From assembly GCA_964464605.1 (NCBI GenBank), contig CAYXJN010000001.1:67068-131067 (forward strand): DNA of 64,000 nt, written 5' to 3'. Shown piece after piece: positions 17,746 through 26,773 of this stretch. Below the pieces are notes generated by a model, which did no database searches, had not been told where the DNA came from, and saw only the letters and a program-made list of their open reading frames with translations. This DNA is from an uncultured Ignavibacteriales bacterium. Lineage in GTDB: Bacteria; Zixibacteria; MSB-5A5; GN15; FEB-12. Each line of letters begins with the position of its first letter. The first letter of the stretch is position 1. Both the position numbers and the translations under genes were made by a program.

Positions 17746-18033
17746 ACCTTTACCCTGTCGTATTGTAAATAACTCATCTTCGAAGTATAAACGGGAACGA
17801 GCGCGGTCTTCCCTGATAACGATGGGAAACAAAGCCGCAATAATTCAGCGATAATAAAAATACAATGAGAATTGTAAATGGATTTGACGTGAGGAGATGT
17901 TAGCAATCGTTCATCCGTCTCTTTCTGTAAAACTCAGATTACTTATTGCCGCGACGTCCTGTACGCGGAAACTCCCACACATATCGAAGCTGCAATTATG
18001 CTCAACATGTGGGTCTACTTATTCGTCATATAT

Positions 18034-18062
18034 AATGTAGGAAAAGAATGCCGGTTAGTCAA
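18034..18062 (-). promoter_or_regulatory. Sigma70-type promoter of the giant gene, giving a ~280-nt leader
   Basis: TTGACT-17-TACATT. Confidence 0.6.
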
Positions 18063-18153
18063 GCGGAAAACAGAAACTGACCGTGAGCCAAGACGCACCC
18101 GAAAACGCATCGCAACTTATTAAAATAAAACAACATAACAATTCTCGTTTTTG

Positions 18154-18771
18154 CTATTGACGGGGGTGGTCGAGCGCCCGGGCTAACTTCGACTCGGTCT
18201 GCAAGACAAAGGGAATCTCTAAAGAAGCGAAAAGACGAGAGAGCTCATGTACCAAACCGTACACTTTCGTATGCGCTTCGACTTCAATTTCTAATTCATA
18301 ATCAACGTGACCATCGGCAAACTCAGTCCGATCAACTTCGAACTGATATTCTCCATCATTCAAACGATACGGATGAGTTTTTCGGAAATTATCAAAGGAT
18401 ATCAGCGGTATAAGCTCCCGCTCTTGAACGAGTGGCCTAATTCGTTCAATCGGCTCAGCGATCACCATGAGAATACTTTTTTCGCTTCGCGCAACCTGTC
18501 CTCCCAATGCGAGCGGTATTTCTGATTCGATCTCTTCCCGAACCGCTGCTGCTCCCGCTTGCGAAGTTGTTCCTTTGAGCGTAACAAATGCCTGAGAGTC
18601 GGTAGTGCGAAGCCTGAGCGCCCAGCCTCGATTTTTTAGCAGGTGGTCAGTCGTATCGAAAAAGAAATTCTGCTGATGCTCTTCCTGACCGGTTGAACCT
18701 AAATGCCCCAATAACTTCAAATAGTTCGAAAATGACCCCAGATCGACTTTGATTTCAATCTCATCTGCCAT
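18154..18771 (-). CDS. CYTH domain (triphosphate tunnel metalloenzyme) protein
   Basis: N-terminal EIEIK, FFDT, LRLR, TLKG, REEIE, YELEIEV. Confidence 0.85.
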   Translation of the reverse strand: MADEIEIKVDLGSFSNYLKLLGHLGSTGQEEHQQNFFFDTTDHLLKNRGWALRLRTTDSQAFVTLKGTTSQAGAAAVREEIESEIPLALGGQVARSEKSILMVIAEPIERIRPLVQERELIPLISFDNFRKTHPYRLNDGEYQFEVDRTEFADGHVDYELEIEVEAHTKVYGLVHELSRLFASLEIPFVLQTESKLARALDHPRQ

Positions 18772-18844
18772 TGAAAACCGGCCCTTTAATTACCGCTTCA
18801 GCACTATATACTACTCAAGAGATAAGATAGCCACTGATACTACA

Positions 18845-18872
18845 AAAAAAGCAGGAGCGTTTAACTCCTGCC
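18845..18872 (-). terminator. Intrinsic terminator after rng
   Basis: GCAGGAG/CTCCTGC stem followed by a U run on the minus strand. Confidence 0.7.
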
Positions 18873-18899
18873 TTTGTACATGCATGCAATTGCAACAGA

Positions 18900-20450
18900 C
18901 TATTCGGTTTTCACTTTGTACCGGTCAGTAATCTCTTCATTGGTTTCACCGTTGAAGACTTTGAATTCCTGAGCGAGAATAGTCGTGTCACGCACCAGAT
19001 TAATGCTGAACTTGTGCGCGTCCATAAGCCGTTTAATACGGTTGGTACCGTTATCGGCCATGACTTCGGCCAACGTCGGCGCAACCATCAGATGGAATTT
19101 GCGGAACTTCCGCTCTGCTTTGGCGCGCAAGAACCAACGCTCGATTTTGGTCGCCATCGTCTCGCGCGAAGTCACGCGACCAAGACCGTTGCAGCAGGGA
19201 CACAGGTCGGCCAAAGTGTGCAAATGCGAGGGGCGCACTCGTTCCCGGGTCATTTCAACGATACCGAAATCGGTTACCGGATTGATTGCCCGTTTGGCGC
19301 GATCATGCCGGAAAGCATGTTTGAATTCCTCGTACAGCTTGCGGCGGTTGTCACGATTGTACATGTCGATAAAATCGACAATGATAAGCCCGCCGATATC
19401 GCGCAGACGAATCTGCCGCGCGATTTCACGCGCTGCTTCGATATTAGTCTGGTAAATCGTCGTCTCCTGATCACGGCTTCCGACAAACCGGCCGGTGTTG
19501 ACGTCGATAGTAACCATCGCTTCGGTCTGATCGATAATGATATATGCACCTTTTCGGATCCAGACCTTACGCTCCATCATCTTTTCAATTTCTGACTCTA
19601 AATTGAATGTATCAAAGAGCGGTTTTTCATCTTTGTAGAACTCGACGCGTCCTTTAAGATGCGGCGCGACCTGACGGACAAATGAAGTGACTTTTTTGTA
19701 GTCATCTTTGTTGTCGCACACCACACGGGTGACATCATCGGTAAAAACATCACGAAGCATGGTGACGGTCATTTCCGCTTCTTTATGAATCAATGACGGC
19801 GCGGGAGATTTGTCCGCTTTCCGCTTCAGTTTCGACCAGAGTTTTAATATCCGTTTGATATCTTCACGGAACTCGTTTTCATCGACACCGATTGCTTCGG
19901 TGCGCACGATAATGCCGAACCCTTCCGGACGAAGCGGGGTCACGATTTTGCGGAGCCGTTTCTTTTCTCCCCAATCTTCAATGCGCTTGGAAACGCGCAC
20001 GTGATCATCATCGGGGACTAAAACGACATACCGTCCGGCAATGGAAATTTCCGTCGCAACGCGCGGTCCTTTAGTGGAAATCGGCTCTTTGATAATCTGA
20101 ACCAGAATTTCCTGACCACGTTTAAGCACCGATTCAATACCGGCGCGGCGGGTTTTGCGGACAATTTCGACCGGAGCTTCCTCCTCTTCGAATTCATCGC
20201 TGGAGTCGCGACGGTCTCCGGTATCTTTGCCGACATCGGACGCATGCAAATACGCAGCGCGATCCCAACCAATATCGATAAACGCCGACTGCATACCGGG
20301 GAGCACTGATTTAATGACACCTTTGTAGATGTCACCGACATTACGCTCCGTATCCGGGCGTTCAACCGACATCTCGACTAATTTGCCGTCTTCGAGTATC
20401 GCGACACGTTTCTCGTATTCGCTCGAATTAATCAAAATTTCTTTCTTCAA
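18900..20450 (-). CDS. rng: Ribonuclease E/G family (RNase G-like)
   Basis: VGDIYKG, AFIDIG, S1 domain, IDVNTG, DIGGLIIVDFIDM. Confidence 0.92.
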   Translation of the reverse strand: MKKEILINSSEYEKRVAILEDGKLVEMSVERPDTERNVGDIYKGVIKSVLPGMQSAFIDIGWDRAAYLHASDVGKDTGDRRDSSDEFEEEEAPVEIVRKTRRAGIESVLKRGQEILVQIIKEPISTKGPRVATEISIAGRYVVLVPDDDHVRVSKRIEDWGEKKRLRKIVTPLRPEGFGIIVRTEAIGVDENEFREDIKRILKLWSKLKRKADKSPAPSLIHKEAEMTVTMLRDVFTDDVTRVVCDNKDDYKKVTSFVRQVAPHLKGRVEFYKDEKPLFDTFNLESEIEKMMERKVWIRKGAYIIIDQTEAMVTIDVNTGRFVGSRDQETTIYQTNIEAAREIARQIRLRDIGGLIIVDFIDMYNRDNRRKLYEEFKHAFRHDRAKRAINPVTDFGIVEMTRERVRPSHLHTLADLCPCCNGLGRVTSRETMATKIERWFLRAKAERKFRKFHLMVAPTLAEVMADNGTNRIKRLMDAHKFSINLVRDTTILAQEFKVFNGETNEEITDRYKVKTE

Positions 20451-20469
20451 TCTTCTCTTTCACCTCCTT

Positions 20470-21408
20470 TCATGATTGCCCAAACGACGCATTCTTCGCG
20501 TTTGGGAGATAGCCATGTATAAATTCTTGTGCTGACATTTCTTTTTTACCCTCAGGGAGTAACGACGTTACTTTGAGTAAGCCGTCGATACAGACAACAA
20601 ACAGGTTGTCATGTTCAATGATTATTTCCCCGGGAGTTTGATTCGGCCTTTTCGCCACACCCGACAACTCAGTACGCACCAGCTTGATGCGTTTGTCACG
20701 AAACATCGTGCTGGCGCCGGGATAGGGTGACAAACCGCGTACAAAGTTATGCACACGCACCGTGAATTGTTTGAAATCGATAATTGTGTCTTTCGGAAAA
20801 ATTTTTGGTGCGGCGGTCGCCTGTGCTTCTACCTGTGGCATCGAGATAACGTTTCCCGATTCAATCATCTTCACCGTTTCCAATACGAACGGTGCAGAAA
20901 GTTCAGACATACGATTATAAAGTTCACCAAAGGTTTCATTCTCTTCGATCATTACTAATTTGCGGTGAATAATGTCGCCGGTATCGACAGTCGGTTTCAA
21001 AAAGAAACTGGTTAGTCCGGTTTCTTTTTCACCGTTTATAATCGCCCAATTGATTGGTGCTGCGCCTCGATATTTAGGCAATAGTGAACCATGCACATTG
21101 ATTGAGCCATGTTTCGGCAGCGTAAACAACCGCTGCGGTAAAATTTTAAACGCAATCACCACTATTAAATCAGGCGATGCCTGTTTAAGTTTTTCATAAA
21201 CTTCTTCGTCCTTCAAAGATGCAGGTGTGTAGACAGGTAAACCGAGGTTAACCGCTTCCGCTTTAACTGCGGTTGGAGTCAATGCTCCGCCACGGCGGGC
21301 GCGTTTGTCCGCGCCGGTTACGACAAGCGGGATGCTATGCCCTGCGCTATGCAATGCACGAAGCGCGGGACAGGCAAACGCCGGTGTTCCCATGAACACA
21401 ATACGCAT
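20470..21408 (-). CDS. fmt: Methionyl-tRNA formyltransferase
   Basis: MRIVFMGTPAFA, INVHGSLLPKYRGAAPINWAI, DTGDI. Confidence 0.97.
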   Translation of the reverse strand: MRIVFMGTPAFACPALRALHSAGHSIPLVVTGADKRARRGGALTPTAVKAEAVNLGLPVYTPASLKDEEVYEKLKQASPDLIVVIAFKILPQRLFTLPKHGSINVHGSLLPKYRGAAPINWAIINGEKETGLTSFFLKPTVDTGDIIHRKLVMIEENETFGELYNRMSELSAPFVLETVKMIESGNVISMPQVEAQATAAPKIFPKDTIIDFKQFTVRVHNFVRGLSPYPGASTMFRDKRIKLVRTELSGVAKRPNQTPGEIIIEHDNLFVVCIDGLLKVTSLLPEGKKEMSAQEFIHGYLPNAKNASFGQS

Positions 21409-21463
21409 CTGTTGTCATGGCTGAAACTGACTGCCAAACGGAGTCGGGACATGCGAAACGAAA

Positions 21464-21976
21464 TCAGGCCGCGGAAGTCTGTGAGAGTTTCCGCAAACGG
21501 CCGGCAAGCATGGTGCGGGAAAGCGGCGATAGATAATCGATAAACAGCTTTCCTTCGAGATGATCGTATTCATGTTGAATCGCTCGCGCCAGGATACCAT
21601 CGGTCGTGAGCTCAAACCTTGTGCCATCCAATGCGGTCGCACGGACCCGCACCTTTTCCGGACGGACTATTTTGTTGTAGATCCCGGGAATCGACAAGCA
21701 GCCTTCTTCATATTCGAGTTCGCCGCTTAACAGTTCTACTTCCGGGTTGATGAATACGGTCAGGGTTTTGGTTGGATCGATTATTGAAACGTCTACAATG
21801 AAGATACGTTTCAGCACGCCGATTTGCACGGCAGCCAATCCAAGTCCCTGCGCTTTTTTCAGGGTGTCGATCATGTCCGACACCAGTGCCTTGATTTCCC
21901 CGGTGATCTCAGTCACCGGTTCAGATACATTTCGCAATACCGGGTCGCCGTATATGACAATCGGGCGCTCAGCCAC
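21464..21976 (-). CDS. def: Peptide deformylase
   Basis: GLGLAAVQIG, EGCLSIP, QHEYDHLEG. Confidence 0.97.
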   Translation of the reverse strand: MAERPIVIYGDPVLRNVSEPVTEITGEIKALVSDMIDTLKKAQGLGLAAVQIGVLKRIFIVDVSIIDPTKTLTVFINPEVELLSGELEYEEGCLSIPGIYNKIVRPEKVRVRATALDGTRFELTTDGILARAIQHEYDHLEGKLFIDYLSPLSRTMLAGRLRKLSQTSAA

Positions 21977-21984
21977 GGTATCTC

Positions 21985-22296
21985 CTATTTCTCGACCTTA
22001 GCAGCAATTGAGGATTTCATAAACTCCAGTTTGACTTCTTCGGTAATCTTGATAATCACGCGATTGCGTTCTTCGTCGATTGCGAAGACGGTTCCGAACA
22101 TGCCGCTATTAGTCATAACTTTGTCACCTTTTTTGAGCTCTTTCAAAAGCTCTTCATGCTCTTTTTGTTTTTTGCGCTGCGGACGGATCAATAATAAGTA
22201 CATGATCACGAACATCAGTGCAAACGGTACGAGCGTCAGCAATCCGCCGCCGGCATCTCCCCCGGGGGCCATCAAAATCGGCCAGGTGTAATTCAC
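21985..22296 (-). CDS. yajC: Preprotein translocase subunit YajC
   Basis: MYLLLIRPQRKKQK, LKKGDKVMTNSGMFG, KSSIAA. Confidence 0.95.
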   Translation of the reverse strand: MNYTWPILMAPGGDAGGGLLTLVPFALMFVIMYLLLIRPQRKKQKEHEELLKELKKGDKVMTNSGMFGTVFAIDEERNRVIIKITEEVKLEFMKSSIAAKVEK

Positions 22297-22501
22297 TTCA
22301 CACTCCTAATTTTGTGTATCGTCACGGCGGGCTGTTTCAATCAGTCACGCCAAATCTTAGTCTAACCTACTAATACATAACCATTTCAATAGCCCGACAG
22401 TTTCAACGACCGACAACTCACCAGCCCAAAACCAACGCAAGTCATTGATAGGTAAGGGGAATAATACCGAATTTTTAAGAGATGGGCAAGAGGGGAAAAA
22501 G

Positions 22502-23481
22502 TCAACGAATGCGGACAATTTCGTAATCCTTGGATGGTTGAGCCGTTAAGATAAAATCATCATTTTGTATTGGAATCGCAAATATAGTCGTGTCGCAAGA
22601 CATTTTAGCAATTAGCGTTACCTTTGAAAATGGAGTGATATCCGAACGATTTGCCGTAAACGACAAGTTCGGTACATGTAATATTGAATCTGTTTCCGAC
22701 AAACTCAATTCTGCGAATGTATAACACTCATAAAACTTTTCTCTCATTTCTTTGTTAACGGCGCGAACAAGCAACATGTGCCGGCAAGAATCTTCAGAAA
22801 CATAATTAATAACTCCGATTACTGATGAATCGTTTAAGACTGAAAGCTCATCAATATATGATGCATCAAGTCCACCAATATAACGAGCAGTAGCTCTTGA
22901 CCATCTTCCTGATGTAGAAGTATCAAACGATAACAAATCATTAAGGTCATTATTGTAACTCATTAAGAATTTTCCATCTTTCAGCCTATGTAACCTGTAA
23001 ACTATTCTCGCATCACAGCACCCATACTGTTCTGTCTGATAAAAATACCCTTTCTGCCCCCCAGCATCTACTTCATCAGTAAAGTTCCACAATGTTCTAG
23101 ATACACCATCGGTATCAATCACAATGGCTGATGCAGTAAGTAACGGCTGGTTTCCTTCCCAGGGACCTTTCACCCATTCCGTAGATTGTGAAATTATTAA
23201 ACTCTCATCATCTTGTAAAAAACTCGGAGAAGGATAATCAATGATAAAAAAATCGTGCTTATACAAAATGTAAGAGAATACTCCCTCAATACCGGTAACA
23301 AGCTGAATTCTCGAATAATTACTGTCTTCCCAATGAACACGCATAGTAGTAGCTCGAAGTGGATCTGACGAGGACTGCCTTCGAATTACATCTTTGGCGT
23401 GTTCGCTTATATCAGATGAAAAAGCAATTGCTACCGAAAAAACTGACATAAAACAATGAATAAAGCTATTTTCAGTTTCAT
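22502..23481 (-). pseudogene. AT-rich secreted hypothetical protein with a 1-nt frameshift in its signal-peptide region (long ORF 22502-23449)
   Basis: ATG 23481 overlaps the upstream stop (ATGA) and reads MKLKIALFIVLCQFFR*. One extra T in the T4 or T6 run joins it to the 315-aa ORF. Confidence 0.6.
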
Positions 23482-23963
23482 TTCTTCTTAATGCCCGCCG
23501 CCAACTCTGTGATCGCTTGTTCTAATCGGCGCAATCGCGTTTCCGGTTTCTTGGCTGCAAGCAGCGCTTTTACCCATTCCTTACGATGTGTGTAACTCAG
23601 TTTTTCCCACCGTTCGGCGGCAGCTTTATTCTTTTTAAGCGCTTTAGCCAAATCATCCGGAACTTCGACGGTGCGTTCTTCGGTATCGGGCTGCATGACT
23701 ACGCTTATCATCTCCCCACCCTTCGCGCCAGATGCTTCCCGCAATTCCTTATTCACCACCATGCAATATTCACCGCCCATCCGCACGACTGTCGAACGAA
23801 ACGGCGCTTTGTTGATCGTTCCCTTAACCGGAACGCGCTTTGCACCCCATACTTGTTCAATATCAAACGGAATGTTGATTCCGGTGACCGCTGAGCCATC
23901 CGGATCTTTCAACAGTTCCGTTTTGAATTTTTTAACGACATTTGCTTTCAACACTTTTCCCAT
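23478..23963 (-). CDS. DUF1905 plus YdeI/OmpD-associated (OmdA-like) domain protein
   Basis: RVPVKGTINKAPFRSTV, VEVPDDLAKAL, LSYTHRKEWV, AKKPETRLRR. Confidence 0.85.
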   Translation of the reverse strand: MGKVLKANVVKKFKTELLKDPDGSAVTGINIPFDIEQVWGAKRVPVKGTINKAPFRSTVVRMGGEYCMVVNKELREASGAKGGEMISVVMQPDTEERTVEVPDDLAKALKKNKAAAERWEKLSYTHRKEWVKALLAAKKPETRLRRLEQAITELAAGIKKK

Positions 23964-23975
23964 CGCCGCACCTCA

Positions 23976-24464
23976 TTAGAACTTGGCAAGAATAATACCT
24001 AATTGAAAGGGTAGCACGCCACCGTCATCTTTGAAATCGCCCGATCCTGACAATACCGGTCCGGTTCCGATTTGAAAAAAGAATCGCCGGTACCGAATGT
24101 TGGCAAAAATTGCGGCATACGCAATACTCCCATCATCCTCATCACTATCTACATCAACCGCACTCACCCCCACGGACAAATCAGCCGTGAATGTCTTGCT
24201 ATGCTCTAACGTAACAAACAATTCCCCCTGCAGTCCGAACCAATGTCCATCCGAAAAAAGTCCGCCGCCGGTTAACCGGGTACCTACTCGTTTTGTAAAC
24301 GATGCGGTATAGGAAAGATTGAGGATTCCGGGCAAACCAATGGTACATGCCAGATCATGTCTTGGTTTTGCTTTATTGGACTTGTTATCGAATTCATCTT
24401 CTTGTGCAAATACATTAGTGCCTATCAGCACCAATGCAACCAATGGTAAAAGAATACGTTTCAT
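23976..24464 (-). CDS. Small putative outer-membrane beta-barrel protein
   Basis: Signal peptide, alternating amphipathic strands, C-terminal Phe. Confidence 0.6.
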   Translation of the reverse strand: MKRILLPLVALVLIGTNVFAQEDEFDNKSNKAKPRHDLACTIGLPGILNLSYTASFTKRVGTRLTGGGLFSDGHWFGLQGELFVTLEHSKTFTADLSVGVSAVDVDSDEDDGSIAYAAIFANIRYRRFFFQIGTGPVLSGSGDFKDDGGVLPFQLGIILAKF

Positions 24465-24495
24465 ATATCTCCCTGCTTACTGTTTACACATCGAG

Positions 24496-24870
24496 TTATT
24501 CAGGCTTCTTATCTTCTTTCCAATCCTTACGCATCTCGACGATTTTTTGCACCACACCCGGAATGCTGTTGATGATATTTTCAAACGAACCCTTGGCAGC
24601 CGGAAGCAATGACACGCCATGCTCATCGATAATAATAAACGCTGACGGTTCAACTTTAGCACCTGCACCGCCACCGCCGCCGAATCCATCACCGCGATTG
24701 GTGGCCGAACCCTGCCCGCCGCCTGCACCGAACCCGACTGCAATTTTTATAACGGGGATAATCGTCTTTTTGCCTACTGTTATCGGCTGGCCGATAATCG
24801 TCTCGGTGCGCGCGATCTCTTTGAGTTCACCGACGATGCTTTTCAAAATGTCTACTACGTTGTTTTCCAT
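24496..24870 (-). CDS. YtfJ/GerW family protein
   Basis: ETIIGQPI, IIPVIKIAVGFGAGGG, GGGGGAGAKVEPSAFIII; GGAGG SD before ATG 24870. Confidence 0.85.
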   Translation of the reverse strand: MENNVVDILKSIVGELKEIARTETIIGQPITVGKKTIIPVIKIAVGFGAGGGQGSATNRGDGFGGGGGAGAKVEPSAFIIIDEHGVSLLPAAKGSFENIINSIPGVVQKIVEMRKDWKEDKKPE

Positions 24871-25526
24871 ATTGGCCTCCTGTTCAAGTTTTTCTTCATC
24901 AGCGAAATGATCTGTTTCCACGGAATATCTCGAATGAGCCGCACAAACGGCCCGATAAGTTTGTACACAGGAATCGCAATCGATAGTCTACCGCTGGCAT
25001 CGAGCGCCGGCCGATCCCATATCGGTGTGAACAATAATTTCCCGCGAAGTGATGTCATCGCACCGACTATAGTATAGTACCATCCTACAGCACGGCCGGT
25101 GAGATCGGGTGAATCGAATCCTGCGGTGATATGCAATCGTATCTCTTCAATTTCAAGCCGTCTGAACACCTCCCAACCGAATCGTAACACCGCTTTACCG
25201 GTAGTTGGGAAAATTGCGACAATTTGTCTGAGTTCCTGTCCGCGATTTTTTAGGATCCCATAACCGGTTTTGTATACGGCGAGGGTGCGTTGCTGTTGCG
25301 GTTCTTGTTTCGGTTTTGATTGCTCTTTTGTTTTGGCGAGTTGTTTGACGGGAAAACCGAACAGTTTGATAGCCTCAGTTTCGGTTTCGAAATCGTATTC
25401 GTATCCGGTGCGCCCATATCCGGCGAAAAAAATCGAACGTTCCTCATTAAGTATCAACCGTACGCGCAGCCGGATAAACAGCATCGTAACCAGCAGAATA
25501 ACAACGGCTACAAGGAAATACCACAT
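24855..25526 (-). CDS. DUF2953 (YtfI-like) membrane protein
   Basis: N-terminal TM; GFDSPDLTGRAVG motif; lies directly upstream of the ytfJ-like gene. Confidence 0.7.
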   Translation of the reverse strand: MWYFLVAVVILLVTMLFIRLRVRLILNEERSIFFAGYGRTGYEYDFETETEAIKLFGFPVKQLAKTKEQSKPKQEPQQQRTLAVYKTGYGILKNRGQELRQIVAIFPTTGKAVLRFGWEVFRRLEIEEIRLHITAGFDSPDLTGRAVGWYYTIVGAMTSLRGKLLFTPIWDRPALDASGRLSIAIPVYKLIGPFVRLIRDIPWKQIISLMKKNLNRRPIWKTT

Positions 25527-25531
25527 ACCAT

Positions 25532-25617
25532 AATATATACGTTATGAGCAGATAATTGAACAGTCGGTAAACAACCGGAGCTTCACCCTTGCGAAACCGG
25601 GTAATTCCCTGTACCAT
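25532..25617. promoter_or_regulatory. Divergent pair of probably leaderless sigma70 promoters
   Basis: Minus strand: TTCAAT-17-TATATT-5-ATG(25526). Plus strand: TTGCGA-17-TACCAT-8-ATG(25626). Confidence 0.6.
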
Positions 25618-25625
25618 AGCGGGCT

Positions 25626-26675
25626 ATGAAACTGGGAATACTCGGTGCGCCGCAAAGCGGCAAAACGACGATTTTTAACGCCGCTTCCGGCCAAAGTGAA
25701 GCAGTCGGCGATTTTTCGCAGGCGACCCACCGGGCGGTAATCAAAGTTCCGGATAACCGGCTTCAAGAACTGGCCGCGCTTGTTAACCCAAAAAAGATAA
25801 CCCCGGCGGAAATTGAATTTCTCGATGCCCCGGGACTGGCCGGAAAAGAAAAATCCGGCAGCGTGGAGTTCAGCGCCGAACTTCGGCAAATGGACACCTT
25901 TATTATCGTGTTGAACGCCTTCTCAAGCGATGCCAACCCGGAAAAAGAGATTCGCGGACTTTTGGAAGAGATGATTATTCTCGATCAACTCTTAATCGAA
26001 AGCAATTTGGAAAAGAAACAACGGAAAGCGAAACTGACCGGTGATAAAGCGGAGCAGCGGGAAGTTGAGCTTTTGCAAAAGCTGCTGACGCATTTACAAA
26101 GTGAAAAACCGCTTATTGATCTGGATATTTCCGATGAAGAACTCAAACCGGTGCGCGGGTTTCAGTTTTTATCCCTTAAGCCGCTTTTAATTGTGCTGAA
26201 TATCTCAGAGGAATCCTTGCCGAAATCACAGGAGATTTACGACAAGCACAAACATCACGTTGTCCCCGGCAAACGGGAACTGGCGGTCGTGTGCGGGAAA
26301 ATCGAAATGGAACTGGTCACGCTCGCTGAAGATGAACGAAAAGAATTCATGAAAGATTTAGGCATTACCGCTCCGGCGATGGATCAGGTAGTTCAAAAAT
26401 CATATACGTTATTAGGCTTAATCTCATTTTTGACGGCCGGCGAACCGGAAGTCCGGGCCTGGACAATCCGCCGCGGGACAATCGCACAGAAGGCGGCCGG
26501 TGTGATCCATTCCGATATCGAACGGGGTTTCATACGGGCGGAAGTGACAGGGTATAAAGACTATATCGAATACAAAACTCCCGCCGCATTAAAAGCGGCC
26601 GGGAAAACCCGGCTTGAGGGGAAGGAATACGTTGTTCAGGACGGGGATGTCGTTATGTTCCGGTTTAATGTCTAA
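25626..26675 (+). CDS. ychF: Obg-family ATPase YchF
   Basis: GAPQSGKTTIFN, EFLDAPGL, LISFLTAG, AGVIHSDIERGFIRAEV, GKEYVVQDGDV. Confidence 0.93.
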   Translation: MKLGILGAPQSGKTTIFNAASGQSEAVGDFSQATHRAVIKVPDNRLQELAALVNPKKITPAEIEFLDAPGLAGKEKSGSVEFSAELRQMDTFIIVLNAFSSDANPEKEIRGLLEEMIILDQLLIESNLEKKQRKAKLTGDKAEQREVELLQKLLTHLQSEKPLIDLDISDEELKPVRGFQFLSLKPLLIVLNISEESLPKSQEIYDKHKHHVVPGKRELAVVCGKIEMELVTLAEDERKEFMKDLGITAPAMDQVVQKSYTLLGLISFLTAGEPEVRAWTIRRGTIAQKAAGVIHSDIERGFIRAEVTGYKDYIEYKTPAALKAAGKTRLEGKEYVVQDGDVVMFRFNV

Positions 26676-26773
26676 ATTTCCCCCGGAACAACAAATCTGC
26701 TTTGTTGTTCTAAAACTGCACAGCAATTCGCCGATATAAAGAGAATGGAAACTCTACTGTACGACCTGACAGC

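Noticed and set aside
17746-17832. 29-aa N-terminal extension of the giant ORF
   Set aside because: The signal peptide begins at MKGSRIG (17745); the extension lies in the leader.
17746-18153. Possible c-di-GMP-I riboswitch before the giant adhesin-like gene
   Set aside because: The GGGACGCAAAGC-type core was not found on either strand.
22329-22407. Three (G/A)TTTCAA motifs resembling CRISPR repeat ends, within a 9-bp imperfect inverted repeat (CGGGCTGTT/AATAGCCCG) upstream of yajC
   Set aside because: The following bases differ, the spacing is irregular (49 and 17 nt) and no cas genes are present. At most this is a promoter or UTR feature.
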